Positions 49,606 through 61,819 of a DNA stretch of 64,000 bases are shown here, one piece after another. A program made the translations under genes and the position numbers. The notes under the pieces are model-generated. The model did no database searches, had not been told where the DNA came from, and was given only the letters and a program-made list of their open reading frames with translations. Location: contig JANJGN010000011.1 of assembly GCA_026770705.1 (NCBI GenBank), positions 111,414,001 through 111,478,000 on the forward strand, in the 5' to 3' direction. Source of the DNA: Isurus oxyrinchus (lineage: Eukaryota). Numbering within the stretch: position 1 is the first letter of the stretch; each line of letters opens with the position of its first letter.

Positions 49606-50179
49606 TTATTTTTACTTCCTTTGGCTGAAAGAATATTAAATATATACTATAGACTTTACTTCTTATACTTTAAAGTAAAAATTGGCCTTTAGTTTAGATT
49701 TAGTAGTGTTTAAAGATTGGACAGTAGAAATATTCACCACGTCCTAATTACCAAGGTTGCCATGGCTCCTGATCCCACTCAATGAACTTATGTTTCCCCT
49801 GTGATGTCAATCTTAGATGTTTTCAAAAATCACCTCTCTCGTGCAGCTTTTCAACTCCTGGACGCGAAAAAAGATAGAAAAAAATAAAGAAAAGAACACC
49901 TACCTCACTGAACCCCCCTTCTCATCAAGCTCACAACAGTTCCACTCTGCAACAGCGCACTCTGTGACAGAGCACTTAACCTCTCTTATTTAAATTACTG
50001 AGATTCAGAGGAATCTCCTACCTGGCAGCTACAGAACCACATTAGGCCAGCTAGTAAATTTGCTGACCTCACCTGCTCTCCAGTAGAGGGCTTGATTTGC
50101 TTGATTAGACCTGCCTCCAAGCCTCTAAGAGACTTAAAACTTAAAACAGTAAATTTAAGTAAAATGCTAAATTGCAAGC

Positions 50180-50785
50180 AAGCAGTACTAGGCTTTATTA
50201 ATATGGGCACTGAGTACAAGAGTAAGGAGATCATGTTGAACTTGTTTAAGACACTAGTTAGGTTTCATCTGGAGTACTGACTGCAGTTCTGGGTGCATAC
50301 TTGAGGAAGGATGTAGAGGCATTGGATAGAGTACAAAGGAGATTCACAGGAAAGATTACCAGGGTGAAGAACTGTAACTATGGGACTGTTTTCCTTGGAG
50401 AAAGGAAGGCTGAGAGGAGACTTGATAGAGGTACTCAAGATCCTGAGAGGTATGGACAGGGTAAATAGTGAGAAACTGCTTCCACTCAAGAGAACATCAA
50501 GAACTAGAGGGCACAGATTCAAAATAATTGCCAAAGCAGTAAATGTGATGAGGATTTTTTTTTCACCCAGGGGATGGTTGGAGTCTGGAACAAATTTCCT
50601 GAAAGGGTGGTAGAGGTAGGTTCGATCAAAGTATTCAAAAGGGAATTGGATTGCTACCTGAAAAGAGAGAATGTGTAAGATTACAGGGATAAGGCAGGGG
50701 AGTGGGACTAGGTGGAATGCTCATTCAGAGAGCCAGTGCGGACTTGATGGGCCTCATGGCCTCCTTCTGCACTGTAATGATTTTC
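50180..50785 (+). mobile_element. CR1 3' fragment
   Basis: EYKSKEIMLNLFKTLVRFHLEY, LFSLEKGRLRGDLIE, RTRGH; tail ctgcactgtaatgatttt. Confidence 0.9.
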
Positions 50786-50869
50786 TGAGATTTTACAAAA
50801 GATTAATCTTTAAAATTTAAACTTTCACTCCCTTCTCACCAAACTCTCCGTGATTTCATTCTGTAACAG

Positions 50870-51530
50870 TGCACTCCCTATGTATGCCAAGATGTTGGAT
50901 GTATTAGTTGGCCTGAAAGGCAACCTCCTGTCACTGTCAAAGAGCATGGAGGAATCCAGCACCATCTTGGCACAGGGCATTATACAGAGCTTGCCCTTTC
51001 TGCAGCCCCTGTTTAATCTGGCAATCTTGTTGCAGACCCAGAGGCAATGCAACTGCAGCCCTCAAACCTGCTGCAGTCTTTTCATGGATAAGCCATCAAG
51101 TCCTCTGACTTCTCCAAGAGGGAGCAGCATCTCTCCTTGCCGAATCCAGGAACTCACCACAACATCTCCAAAAATGTCCCCCAATATTTCCAAAAACTTA
51201 GCAATGACATATGTTATCCTATATTACTTTACTTGCAAGCTGAGTTCCTGGTCCTTTAAATAATGTTGGTGCTGCGCCCCTCTTGCAGCTGAACACATGT
51301 TCTATGGTGAGTGTCAAGTGATTACATTGAATGGACATATGTGATCCAAATTTGCAAATAGAGCATCAGATCAGCTGATGGCGTTAAGTGATATCAAGAC
51401 TGCATCATTTCAGCAGCTTCCAGTGCACACAGGATGCCAGTGTGAGCACCATTCTCAGCATTAAGCACTATGCAGGCCACACTAGAAGCAGCTGGAGGCA
51501 CAGAACACCTCAATCACAGAGCCTCCAACT
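50870..51530 (+). mobile_element. Probable Harbinger remnant (Myb-gene exon 3-like)
   Basis: KMLDVLVGLKGNLLSLSKSMEESSTILAQG resembles QMLDVQQG...VESSM / MVEESTLTI in elements C and B. Confidence 0.45.
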
Positions 51531-52434
51531 TCTATATTGTTGTACCCACTGACATTGTGGATCCAAATTGCAAGTATAAAGGTTTTACTGTAAAATACTG
51601 TCCAGCATAAGAGAACAACACAGATTACCAAAACCCCTAGATGTATGTGTAATGTAATTATAATTAAGTATTGGCATATCAGTCAACAGCTTTTCTTCTC
51701 ATTTTATCTAAATGTAGACAAAAGAATGAATTAAAAAGAATTCTGTGACCCAAATGACATGGTCGTCAAGGAAACCGATAAAATGATCTGCATATGGTAG
51801 GCCTGTGTCGCAGAAAAACCACCTGCTCCTTTTGAAAGAATGTTTTAATTATTTTCTGAATATGAAAAATAGGGAGGAGTTAAATGGGCCATAACAAGTA
51901 TTACATCAAATAAACACACAATTTAATATCAATGCTTGTTAAAGATGCCATTACTCTTGATGTTCCATGGGTGATTACGCTTCACACTTGATTCAGATTA
52001 AACAGAGAGCTTTAGTTAATTTCTTAAATCAGCCTTGATACTTCAGCTTTGAAAATTCAAACATGTTTAAAAATGCCCTCAACCTGAATTCAAATTTGGC
52101 TGTGCAACACGGAAGTGAAAACATTACCCAAAGGAGCTCCTCACTCAACATTATGCCAAAATTTTGGTTGTTTAGGGATGTTGTCGCACACACACATTTC
52201 AGATTGGTAATTGTACAGAACAATGCAGGATGCAGGTAAGAGTTATATTGGCAGCTTTGTTTTGTCCTTTTTACAGTGAAAATGTTCTTGTGTGCATGTG
52301 CCGTGCTTATCAACATCTGAATATTAATTTAATTTTATGCCTATAGTGTCAACATTAGGATATTTCAAAAGGTAAGTTTGAAAACTTACTAGATGGTTGC
52401 TAGATGGTTTCTCATTGTGTCCCTCAACATAATC

Positions 52435-52820
52435 TTAACTTGCATTTGCTTAGTACTTCTTATATAAAAGAGCTTTGAACCCTGAGGAGGTCGCTGAGCA
52501 AGGAACTGAGGTGGGGAGTACAGGTTGGGAGATGGAAAATGATGAGACATAGATTTTGAAGAGACTTTTGCATGCAAGGAGAGCATTAGCAAGGCAAAAC
52601 ATTTTGTGGGGGTAATTGCGAAAGCTAAGTCCTACATGATGAGCCATTTGAAACAAAAATAAACAATAATCCTGAAACAAAGGAGCTGAGGAAAATGGCT
52701 GGAGAGTTGCTCAGCTGAGGGGCAGAAAGATCATGGAAGTATTTGTGAACATGGTTGGGGATTTTGAAATCAATTTGCTGGGGCATTGGAAGCCAATTAA
52801 GTTTATTGACAATGGAGACA
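52435..52820 (-). mobile_element. L2 LINE 3' fragment
   Basis: gattttgaaatc...gaagccaatt (reverse of the L2 LHWLP..RIDFK region) and tail aacttgcatttg. Confidence 0.55.
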
Positions 52821-53030
52821 AAAAAGGAAAGTTTTGGAAACTCCCAGCAGCTTATTTAGCAGCTATGGGGAGAACAGACAAAACAATTTGAGTGTGGACT
52901 GTCTTAGGGTCTTTTTAGTGCTGTTTATCTGTATTAGCTGTATACAACAAATAAGTTCCATACCCAAAACATCTTGTCTGCTCTCTCCATAGATGCTGCT
53001 TGACCCACTGAGTGTTTTTCTCTAATTTTT
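52821..53030. mobile_element. Very old palindromic Penelope mini-element
   Basis: ggaaactcccagcag...ggggagaacaga and tctctccatagatgctgcttgacccactgag are inverted remnants. Confidence 0.5.
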
Positions 53031-53299
53031 AGCATTAGAGGATCTAATTTGTTCATATTATGGATGGAGTTTGGTGATGGAGAAGATAAGCTTTTCAAAG
53101 TTCTGGGTTAAAAGCAGAGGCAGGGATGCTGGCAAGGAGATTGCTGGCAATGCCAATCTTGAAGGTGATGAAAGCATTGCTAGACTAACAAGAGGAAGTG
53201 CAAATCGTTCTGTGAATGGACACAAAGCAATTTCTGGGATGGACCAGACATTATATAAGAAGTTCATTTTAGGTTTAAAACTACAATTCCCAAACCTAT

Positions 53300-53590
53300 A
53301 CTTCTACCACCTAGAAGGATAAGGGCAGCAGATGCATGAGAACACCACCACCTGCAAATTCCTCTCCAAGTCGCACACCATCCTGATTTGGAGCTATATT
53401 GTCATTGCTTCATGGTTGCTGGGTCAAACTCCTGGAATTCTCTCTCTAAAAGCACTATGGGGAGTACCTTCACCATGTGGACTACAGCAATTCAAGGGGT
53501 CAGCTCATCATCGCTTTCTCAAGGGCAATTAGAAATGGACAATAAATGCGGCCTTATCAGTGATGCCATATCCCATGAATGAATACTAAA
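53300..53590 (+). mobile_element. LINE family B 3' fragment
   Basis: acaccaccacctgcaaattcc...gggtcaaactcctggaa...ctcaagggcaattag...ccatgaatgaat. Confidence 0.85.
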
Positions 53591-54952
53591 AGAAAATAAA
53601 TGTCAAGGCTGTTTATCTCTGAATCAATATCAGCAAGAAGCAAGGAGAATATTTTTAGTTTTATTTAAGTGGTGAAGAGTATTACTCATCCAAGGCTGAT
53701 GGACAAACTGATGTAAAATCTGGCAACAACCTTGGAGTTGAGTTCAATGTCATGGGTTCATAGAGGTGATGTCGTGGCTATGTTCAGATAGATGTGAATA
53801 GAACCAGGAGAGAGCATTGCCCATGGAGATAAGCTATGGATGATAGGTGGTGGAGGGGAATAGTTTGAGGGTTATACTGAGATTAAAAAAAATAACAAAG
53901 GCAGTCAAGCAACTGAACAATGGTGCAAATTGGGGCAAATCACAAGTACAAGTAGCTGTTTAAGCAGCCAGAATCTCTCAATGTTCATGTCTACGCAATC
54001 TTTAGTGGCAGGTGGACTTTGTTTTAACCACGTTATTTATAGTAATTTATTGCTTTGAACTTATGATTTAACAAACTCCATATTCCAACAACAGCAGTGG
54101 GCTAAAATTAATTCATAATTAAAGTGCCCAGCAAAGTAAAATTGGGATGCAGCCAAATGCATGTGAAATACTAGTTAAACATAAATTAAATAAGCTTTGC
54201 CTGAAAATTGATTTATAAAAGTTCCATTTCAACGCTATTACTTATCTAAGACTCTACAACACAAAATAAAGAACAGACACTATGACAGTCAAAACCAAAA
54301 ACATATATGTAAGCATAGAAAGCCTATCAGAAACTGACCAGCAACTTTTGAAAATCTGACAAGGCCCACAAAAAGCTTAGAAAAATAGATCTGAATGAAT
54401 GCTTATGGATATGTGTAAATAAGTAATTATATTGAAAGTACAGTGGGACATCGACTTGTACACTCAGCATTGCTTCACTCATGTTGTAATAGTACATGGA
54501 AACTTGGAAGTAAGGAAGGCATAAAATGTATTTCTCTGATCTGAAGGAAACCCATCTACCATAATATGTTAGTTTTGCCCAAACATTTGGTTCACCTTCT
54601 AGTATTTTGAAAAAGAGGCAAAACATGTTTTCATCTTAGAAAGGAGTTGCCAATTTGTTTAATTTTACTGAAAGTTATCTTCTACCATTAGGGAAGAATT
54701 ATTGTTCATTACATTTTAAAAGTTCAATTGCCCAGTAACAGCAAATAACCAACGACAGCTGGAAAAGTATTGTTCAGGAGCCTGCCAGCAGCCATCTCAT
54801 TATTAATCCATCACTGTTACAATAAGCAGCAACTGACAACCATTTCTTAAGTTTCACTTACATCACAATCAGCATGTGCTTTAATTTCACTTCTAGACAT
54901 CTAGACATTAACCTGAAGTCTTGTCTTCTCATGGAAAATGAATATAAAATGT

Positions 54953-54980
54953 TGAGAGAGAGAGAGAGCAAGAGAGAGAG
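54953..54980. repeat. (GA)n microsatellite
   Basis: gagagagagagagagcaagagagag. Confidence 0.8.
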
Positions 54981-55049
54981 CACCCTTCCCTAGGATACAC
55001 TTTAAAGTATCAGACTTTTTACAATTCCATAGTAATATGAGAAAAACAT

Positions 55050-55430
55050 TTTTAAATTATTTCACAGAATGTGGGTGTCACTGGTAAGTCCAGCATTTGT
55101 TGCCCATCCCTAATTGCCCTTGTAAAGTGGTGGTGAGCTGCCTTCTTGAACTGCCACAGTCCATCTGGTGCAGGTACAACCGCAGTGATGTTATGAAGGG
55201 ATTTCCAAGATTTTGATACAGCAGCAGTGAAGGAGTGGTGCCATAGTTCCAAGTCAGGATGTGTTGCGCTTTGAAAGGGTGGCGGTGCTCCCATGCCGGT
55301 CCTTCTTAGGTTGTAGAAGTCAAGGGTTTGGAAGACGCTGTCACAGGACGCTTGGTGATTTGCTGTAGTGCATGTTGTAAATGTTACTATTGTGCTTTAG
55401 TGGTGGAGGGAATTAATATCTATGTTAGTG
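55050..55430 (-). mobile_element. LINE family B 3' fragment
   Basis: Encodes FKKAAHHHF on minus; same orientation and sequence as 2720-3110. Confidence 0.85.
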
Positions 55431-55794
55431 TAAGGGGTGATATTTATCACTGACTATTTTAAATTTCTAATTATCTTTCAGTCTTCAAATGTCCCTCACC
55501 TAACAATGAAACACAATAGCTTCAATCTTCAGTCAACAATTGTATTTTTTTTAAACATACATAGTTGCATGTTACCAGCATGATAACACATTCTACATTA
55601 GAGATTACAGCACTTCTCTCCTTAGAAATATCGAAATAGCTACCAGCTCGCCATGAACATTGTCATGGTAGATCTCCTAGACATAATTAAGAACTGTAAT
55701 TACTACCATACTAATCCAGGCCAGCAGGAGGCATGGGTAAGTTCAATAACAATAGCTATGTTCAATATATCCATTGCATGAGATAAAACACCTT

Positions 55795-55947
55795 GGGGTA
55801 GATTTTGACTTTGTGCAATAGTGTAAATGGATCATAGTGAGTCATCAACCCAAGTTGAAGACAAATAGAAATAAACAAAGAGATGGAAAACAGGCTTCCA
55901 ATTCACAATATCTCATTCCACATTATTGCAGAGTCAAAATCGACCCC
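55795..55947. mobile_element. 153-bp MITE
   Basis: TIRs ggggtagattttgact / agtcaaaatcgacccc (15/16), with further internal symmetry. Confidence 0.8.
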
Positions 55948-57789
55948 TTTGTTTCTTAAAAGATGCTGCTTCTAGTGCCTGAAATGAGAACTTAATAGAC
56001 TCACTCAAGTGAGGCCTGCAAATTTAAATGGCACACAGCCCTTGGACTCAAAATCATGATCTGGTTAGAAGTCAATTTTAATTATTATAGGATTCTTTGG
56101 GACAGTATTAATTTTGAGTTTGCTGACACCACTGACTGATCTTCTAACTTCAATTGAAAAGTGAATTCATACATGCTTCAGTTTAAAGTTGATAATCTTA
56201 AACATTTGCTGCTTAATAAACCTTCTAATAATATAAAGTAATTCTTCTTTACAAGTGATCCAGAATTCATTTTCCATGTCAGTTAAAAAGGATTGATTGA
56301 TTCATAATCTCCTTTTCTTGTTCTTAATGACCCTTTTCACTCCAGTAATAAATGAAGTGTAAAAGTCTTTGAAGTTTTAGTCTTCATCAAGGAACTATGA
56401 GGATAGATTAATTAGTTACTAAGAGATTAATGATCCTGATTCATCAAATAATATATCTGCAAATGTACCATCCCTAGCATTTAAATGGGAACCGGAAAGC
56501 TTACTCTGTGTGAATGGACTATACCAAAGAATGAAATGGAGTAGAACACACCAAAATACTTATGATGTAGCATTTTCTTATCAGAATATCCTGTATTTAA
56601 TAATTTCTCCAAAGTGAAAAAGGAGGAACTATTTTTAAAATTGTATAAGCCAAGCAAAAATAAGAATGTTGTGAGTTGGGCGAAGGATAAGTCAAACTGT
56701 GTTAGTAGAAAAAGGCATTTTTTGAGCAAATTCAATATAGGAAAACCTTGGCCTGTTTTGAATACAACTCTGTCTGTATCTAATGGAGTCTTGCTATCAC
56801 CTGAGCAATAATTCAGTGTGGGAACTTGTCCCTAATGTTCTGCTTAATGGTGTAGTTCTTATAACTCTCTGGTGAGATATGGGTAACATAGTGTTTTCTT
56901 TTGTACTGTTCCATTCAAAAACCTAAAGATGAAGATGGAATTTGAAAGCAAATGGAAAGGCAGTGCAATGAGAAAATAGATGTGAGTGGGATCAATCCTT
57001 CTCAGAGTACTTCAGCAGTTTCTTCAAAATAAAAATGTAGAATAATTATTTTTGAAAGATAAAAGACATTACCATGAAAAATCAAAGCTGGTGCATTTAA
57101 AGTATCTGCAAAGACAGAGTGAGGGTTTTAGCTAGAGAATCTTTTATCTTTGAAGTGGCAGTGTGGTTGAATGCATGCTACTAAAATGCACTTTCAATCT
57201 TTTTAACCCGCTACATCTACTTTGAATCCTATCATTCTGCTGCCATTAAATGAAAGCTAGTTTCTCAAAACTGCTGCTTGTTAAAAGCATCCAAGGAATG
57301 GATGATTATAGTGAAGAGCAAGCAATGTGATTCAGGTATATGACAGCAAGTACAGTAAAATAACAGGGCAAGGACGAAAGGCATGATGTCCTACATTGGA
57401 TTCAACATTGAATGAAATTTATTTTGCTGGACTTTGAAGAACATGAAAAAGGGATGTCATCCACATTGAAAGAGGCCCCAATTCTGATACACTAGAACAT
57501 AATAACTTTACAGTTCCAAATGAGATCTGGCTCAGGAAAGATCAGTAAAAACAATTACCTTTCATTAGAGTGGGTGTTAACACCATGTATGTACAATAAG
57601 ATGTGACTACATAGTGCGTGTTAAATGTATTATTATTATTATAGTATATGTCAAATGTACTGGGCTACTTTTGAAGCTGGTTCCAAAAGGTGAATTCTGT
57701 GCTCTATACAGAAGCCACATATTGGAATATGTACCTGTGTAACAGGTTTGTTTGTTTCTGAATGATATGCCATGAATGTATACTGCCAG

Positions 57790-57950
57790 ATTGCCTTAAT
57801 TCACACCCACACTGTGGGTGTACCAACACCACATGGACTGTAGCGGTTCACAAAGGTAGCTCACCACCACCTTCTCAAGGGCAACTAGGGATGGGCAATA
57901 AATGCTGGCCCAGCCAGCGAAGCCCACACCCCATGAATGAATGAAAAAGA
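57790..57950 (+). mobile_element. LINE family B tail
   Basis: caccacatggactgtagcggttc...caccaccaccttctcaagggcaactagggatgggcaataaatgctggc. Confidence 0.85.
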
Positions 57951-58169
57951 AGAGAAAATGTCTAATTTAATAATGCCATCTCAGAGCAGAAGAAAGTCAA
58001 AGTCACGTTCTGTGTCAATCAAGTTGAAATCCAGGCCAACATAAAGTGCCTAAAATAGTTTCCAGTATGCACTTTACCTGACTACACAAATTTTCTAGAA
58101 CAAATTCTAATCTCAATGGCACATGAAAGAAAGAACTTGCATATATACAGCACATTTCATAACCACATG

Positions 58170-59930
58170 GTCATCCTGTAACTCCCCTAGTCAAGAAAGG
58201 AGGGAGGTAGAAAGCAGGAAATTGCCAGTTAGCCTACCGTCTGTCATAGGGAAGATGCTGGAATCTATTATTAAGGACATTATGGCAGGGCACTTAGAAA
58301 ACCTTAATGTAATCAGGCAGAGTCAACATGGTTTTGTGAAAGGGAAATCATGTTTGATTTATTTATTAAAGTTATTCGAGGGAGTAACACACAATGTGGA
58401 TAAGGAGGGACCTGTATATTTGATGTACTTGGATTTCCAAAAGGCATTTGACAAGGTGTCACATCAAGGTCATTTCACAAAATAAGAGCTCATGATAGAG
58501 GCGTAACGTGTTAGAATGGATGAAGGATAGGTAAGCTAACAGGAAACAGAGAGTAGGCATAAATGGGTCATTTTCAGGCTGGCGAGATGTAATGAGCGGA
58601 GTGCCACAGGGATCAGTGCTGGGACCTCAACTATTTATAATCTATATCAATGGCTTGGATGAAGGGGCTGAATGTATGGTTGCTAAGTTTACTGATGAAA
58701 CAAAGATATATAGGAGACTGAGTTGTGAAGAGGACATAAGGATATAGATAGGTTAAATGAGTAGACAATAATTTGGCAGTTGGACTGTAATGTGGGAAAA
58801 TGTGAACTTGTCCACTTTGGCAGGAAGAATAGAAAAACATAATATTATTTAAATGTAGTGAGAGTGTAGAATGCTGTGGTATAAAGGGATCTAGCTGTCC
58901 TTGTACGTGAACAACAAAATGTTAGTATGCAGATACAGCAAGTAATTAGGAATTAGGCAAATGGAATGTTGTTCTGTATTGCAAGGGGAATGAAATATCA
59001 AAGTAGGCAAGTTTTGCTACAGTTGTATAGGTCATTGGTGAGATCACATTAGTGTACTGTGTGCAATTTTAGTTTCCATACTTAAGGAAGGATATAATTG
59101 CAACAGGAGCAGTGCAGAGAACATTCACATGATTGAGACCTGGGATGAAAGTGTTATCTTATAAGGAAAGGCTGGACAGGTTTGGCCTATATTCATTGGA
59201 ATATACAAGAATGAGGGGTGATCTTATTAAAACATATAAGACCCTGAGCGGACTTGACAGAGTGGATGCTGAAAGGATGCTTGCCCTTGTGGGAGAGACT
59301 AGAGCTAGGGGGCACAGTTTAAAAACATGGGGCCTCCCACTTAAGATGGAGATCAGTTTTTTTTCCTCTCAGACTCCGCTCATTACATTTTGCGAGCCTG
59401 AAAATGACCCATGGGATTCTCTTCCCCAGTGAGCAGTGGAGGCAGGGTCATTGAATATTTTTAAGACTGTGTGGATAGATTCTTAACTGACAAGGAAATC
59501 AAAGGCTATGGGTGTTTTAGGGTGCTGGTAGCAGTTTGATAGGTTTGAAGAAGTCTTCATAGTCATATATTAGGTTAATGGTAAGTCTTTTTGACTCTTG
59601 GAACTACTTACAAATATACAGCAAAGGGTACAAGCTAGGAACTGTCTCCATGCTTGCCGGAACAATCGCCTCTATCCAACACTCAACTGATCCTGGGTTC
59701 AGGTCTTATGCTCTCTTATATCACTTGTGGGTGGTATTGTACTCAGTCCCATATCAACCCTATATGTGCCAGACCCTTATACTACAATAAGGGATAGATA
59801 AGAAAGTAGAGGCCACAATCAGATCAGCCTTGATCTTATCTAATGGCAGACCAGGCTCGAGAGGTCAAATGGCCCACTTCTGCTCCTAATTCATGTGTTT
59901 GTATATTTGTTTGTTTGTATGTTTGTATGT
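58170..59930 (+). mobile_element. 5'-truncated CR1 LINE (RT to tail)
   Basis: QHGFVKGKSCL, YLDFQKAFDKV, GVPQGSVLGP, FTDE, MRGDLIK; tail (TTTGTATG)n. Confidence 0.92.
59513..59786 (-). mobile_element. Probable solo LTR inserted in the CR1 3' UTR
   Basis: 274-bp interruption of CR1; minus strand TGTAGT...AAAACA; TATAAG inside; flanks atggg/ataag only a partial TSD. Confidence 0.65.
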
Positions 59931-60220
59931 AAACCAAAACACTCTGCAGTCAATGAAATACTTTTGAAATTTAGTCAAATTCCTGACAGTAATATTCCAC
60001 AAACAGCAATTCTATAAATGACCAGTTAATCTGTGTGCCTGTAGACTAAAGGAAAACGTTGGCCAGGATTTCAGGAGAAAGACCCTGGTCTTCTTCAAAA
60101 TAGTCTGGCTGAATCACTTGCATCGACTTGAGAGGGCATATAGGCTCTTAGTTGAAACGTCTCCCCTAAAAGACAACATATCTGGTATTGTAGCATTCCC
60201 TCAGTACTGCATTCAAGTGT

Positions 60221-60930
60221 GAAACAAATCTGGTGCATCGTACCCAGGAAGTACCTCAGAAGATGTGCTGAGGAAACCTGCCAACCCCGCCCCCCCTCCC
60301 CACTGCATGGAAAAATTCTGATGGGCAATTGCCTTGCACTAACCATCCGATACTCCAGTTTAAATCGAAGCCTTCAGGTAGTTCCGACTGTCTTATCAGA
60401 ATAGTTACCCAAGAAAAGTTAGAAGGATTAAAATTATTTCTAACTCCTGGGTAACTATACTACTGACCCCCTCAACCCTGCACTGGACTACCCTCCCAAC
60501 CCACCGGCAATCCTCCCAACCGCTCGACTACTCCCGCACCACCCCCCAGACCGCCCCTCTGACTCCCCCTGAACTACCCCCACTCCCTCTGACTACACCC
60601 TGACCCCCTGATTACCCTCCCCACTCCCTGACCACTGTCCCCAGCCCCCAACTATTCCTGCAACCCACCAGCGGCCCCCCACTCCCCCTCGACCGCCGAC
60701 TTCTCTTCCCACTCCTCGACTGCCCTCCAAACCTCCAACTACTCTTGCCAATCCTGACTATCCCCAACTCTCTCCGCCTACACCTCTGACATCCCGACTA
60801 CCCTCCCCACCCCACCTTCCCCCCGACTCTACTGCCCTATGTGGAAGGAGTCTGGAGTTGCTGGACTGCACATTTCTTACCAGGCCCAGGTAATTAAAAA
60901 GTGATTGCCACTCCATGGAAGTCCTGGCCC
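60221..60930. mobile_element. Harbinger-type non-autonomous element with C-rich minisatellite (60475-60835)
   Basis: Interrupts the SINE; right end gaagtcctggccc; many cccc(t/c)gactac units. Confidence 0.6.
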
Positions 60931-61071
60931 TTTATGTGGTCAAACTTTCAGCAGTGAGTCTATGAACTCATTGACCTCTATCTTACAAGCAAATGCACTA
61001 CCACTGAGCTAAGGCTGGCATCATGAATTTAGATTATCTAACATGTTTCCATAAAGGATGAGACTGAGACA

Positions 61072-61250
61072 GGAGCAATATAAAGAGAGCAGCCCAGAAT
61101 GGAGCGATATAAAGAGAGAGGCTCAGACCAGTGTGGTGTAAAGAGAGAGGCCAAGAGTGGAGCAGTATAAAGAGAGAGGCCCAGAGCAGAGAGGTCAGAG
61201 AGGGCGATGCCCAGAGTGAAGCAGTCAGGGAGAGCGAGGCCAAGAGTGGA
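61072..61250 (+). repeat. Six 29-30 bp tandem units, three with TATAAA
   Basis: Unit ~ggagcagtataaagagagaggcccagagt, starting at 61072, 61101, 61130, 61159, 61188, 61218. Confidence 0.85.
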
Positions 61251-61819
61251 CAGTGCCTCTGGGAATCTATGAATGACACAAAGGGAAAAAAAAAGCCACA
61301 GAGCTGTCACAACACAAGATGTGTCTGGGTAAGTCTACAAGCATTTAACTTAATCCACCAAGAACATAAGTTGGGTGAAATTAATTAGCATAAAAACTAA
61401 GTCAATTTGACAAAAGCCATAAATGTTAATTTATCATAATTAACCAATGTATATCATACAGTTTATCATATAATTATGATCAGTGTTTAATTAATTAATC
61501 AGATCTAAGGGGTTAAAGATAATATTACATAAAAAAACCTAATAACATTAAAGGGAAAGGGTTCTGAATATTGTATTAAATTAAAATTAAAGAGAAACTG
61601 ATAAATACAATTTAAGTAAATCATTTAAGTTAACTTACCTATAAAATAAAGTGACTTCAGCTCAAGGGAAGGAGCTGATTTTTGAGTAGCTTCTGAGTGT
61701 TTAAGTCTCAAGTTTATTAAGTCTTAACGCAGTAAAGTGGGACCAGGCATATAGAGCAGGGGTCCCCTGAGTGCATCTCACTCTCTTAACTGATATTCAC
61801 TTCTGAATACTGATGAGAG

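Larger units (their letters stand above)
58128..61020 (-). mobile_element. One Deu-domain SINE split in three (58128-58168, 59935-60220, 60931-61020)
   Basis: The pieces are collinear with 38972-39432 once the CR1 and MITE are removed. Confidence 0.7.

Noticed and set aside
52389-52505. Minus-strand exon with open frame and gtaagt donor
   Set aside because: Most of it overlaps an L2 tail remnant.
56222-56392. Protein-like minus-strand stretch (possible pseudo-exon)
   Set aside because: Two in-frame stops and no family recognised.
61072-61250. CRISPR array
   Set aside because: Contiguous degenerate units with no unique spacers, no cas genes, eukaryotic context.
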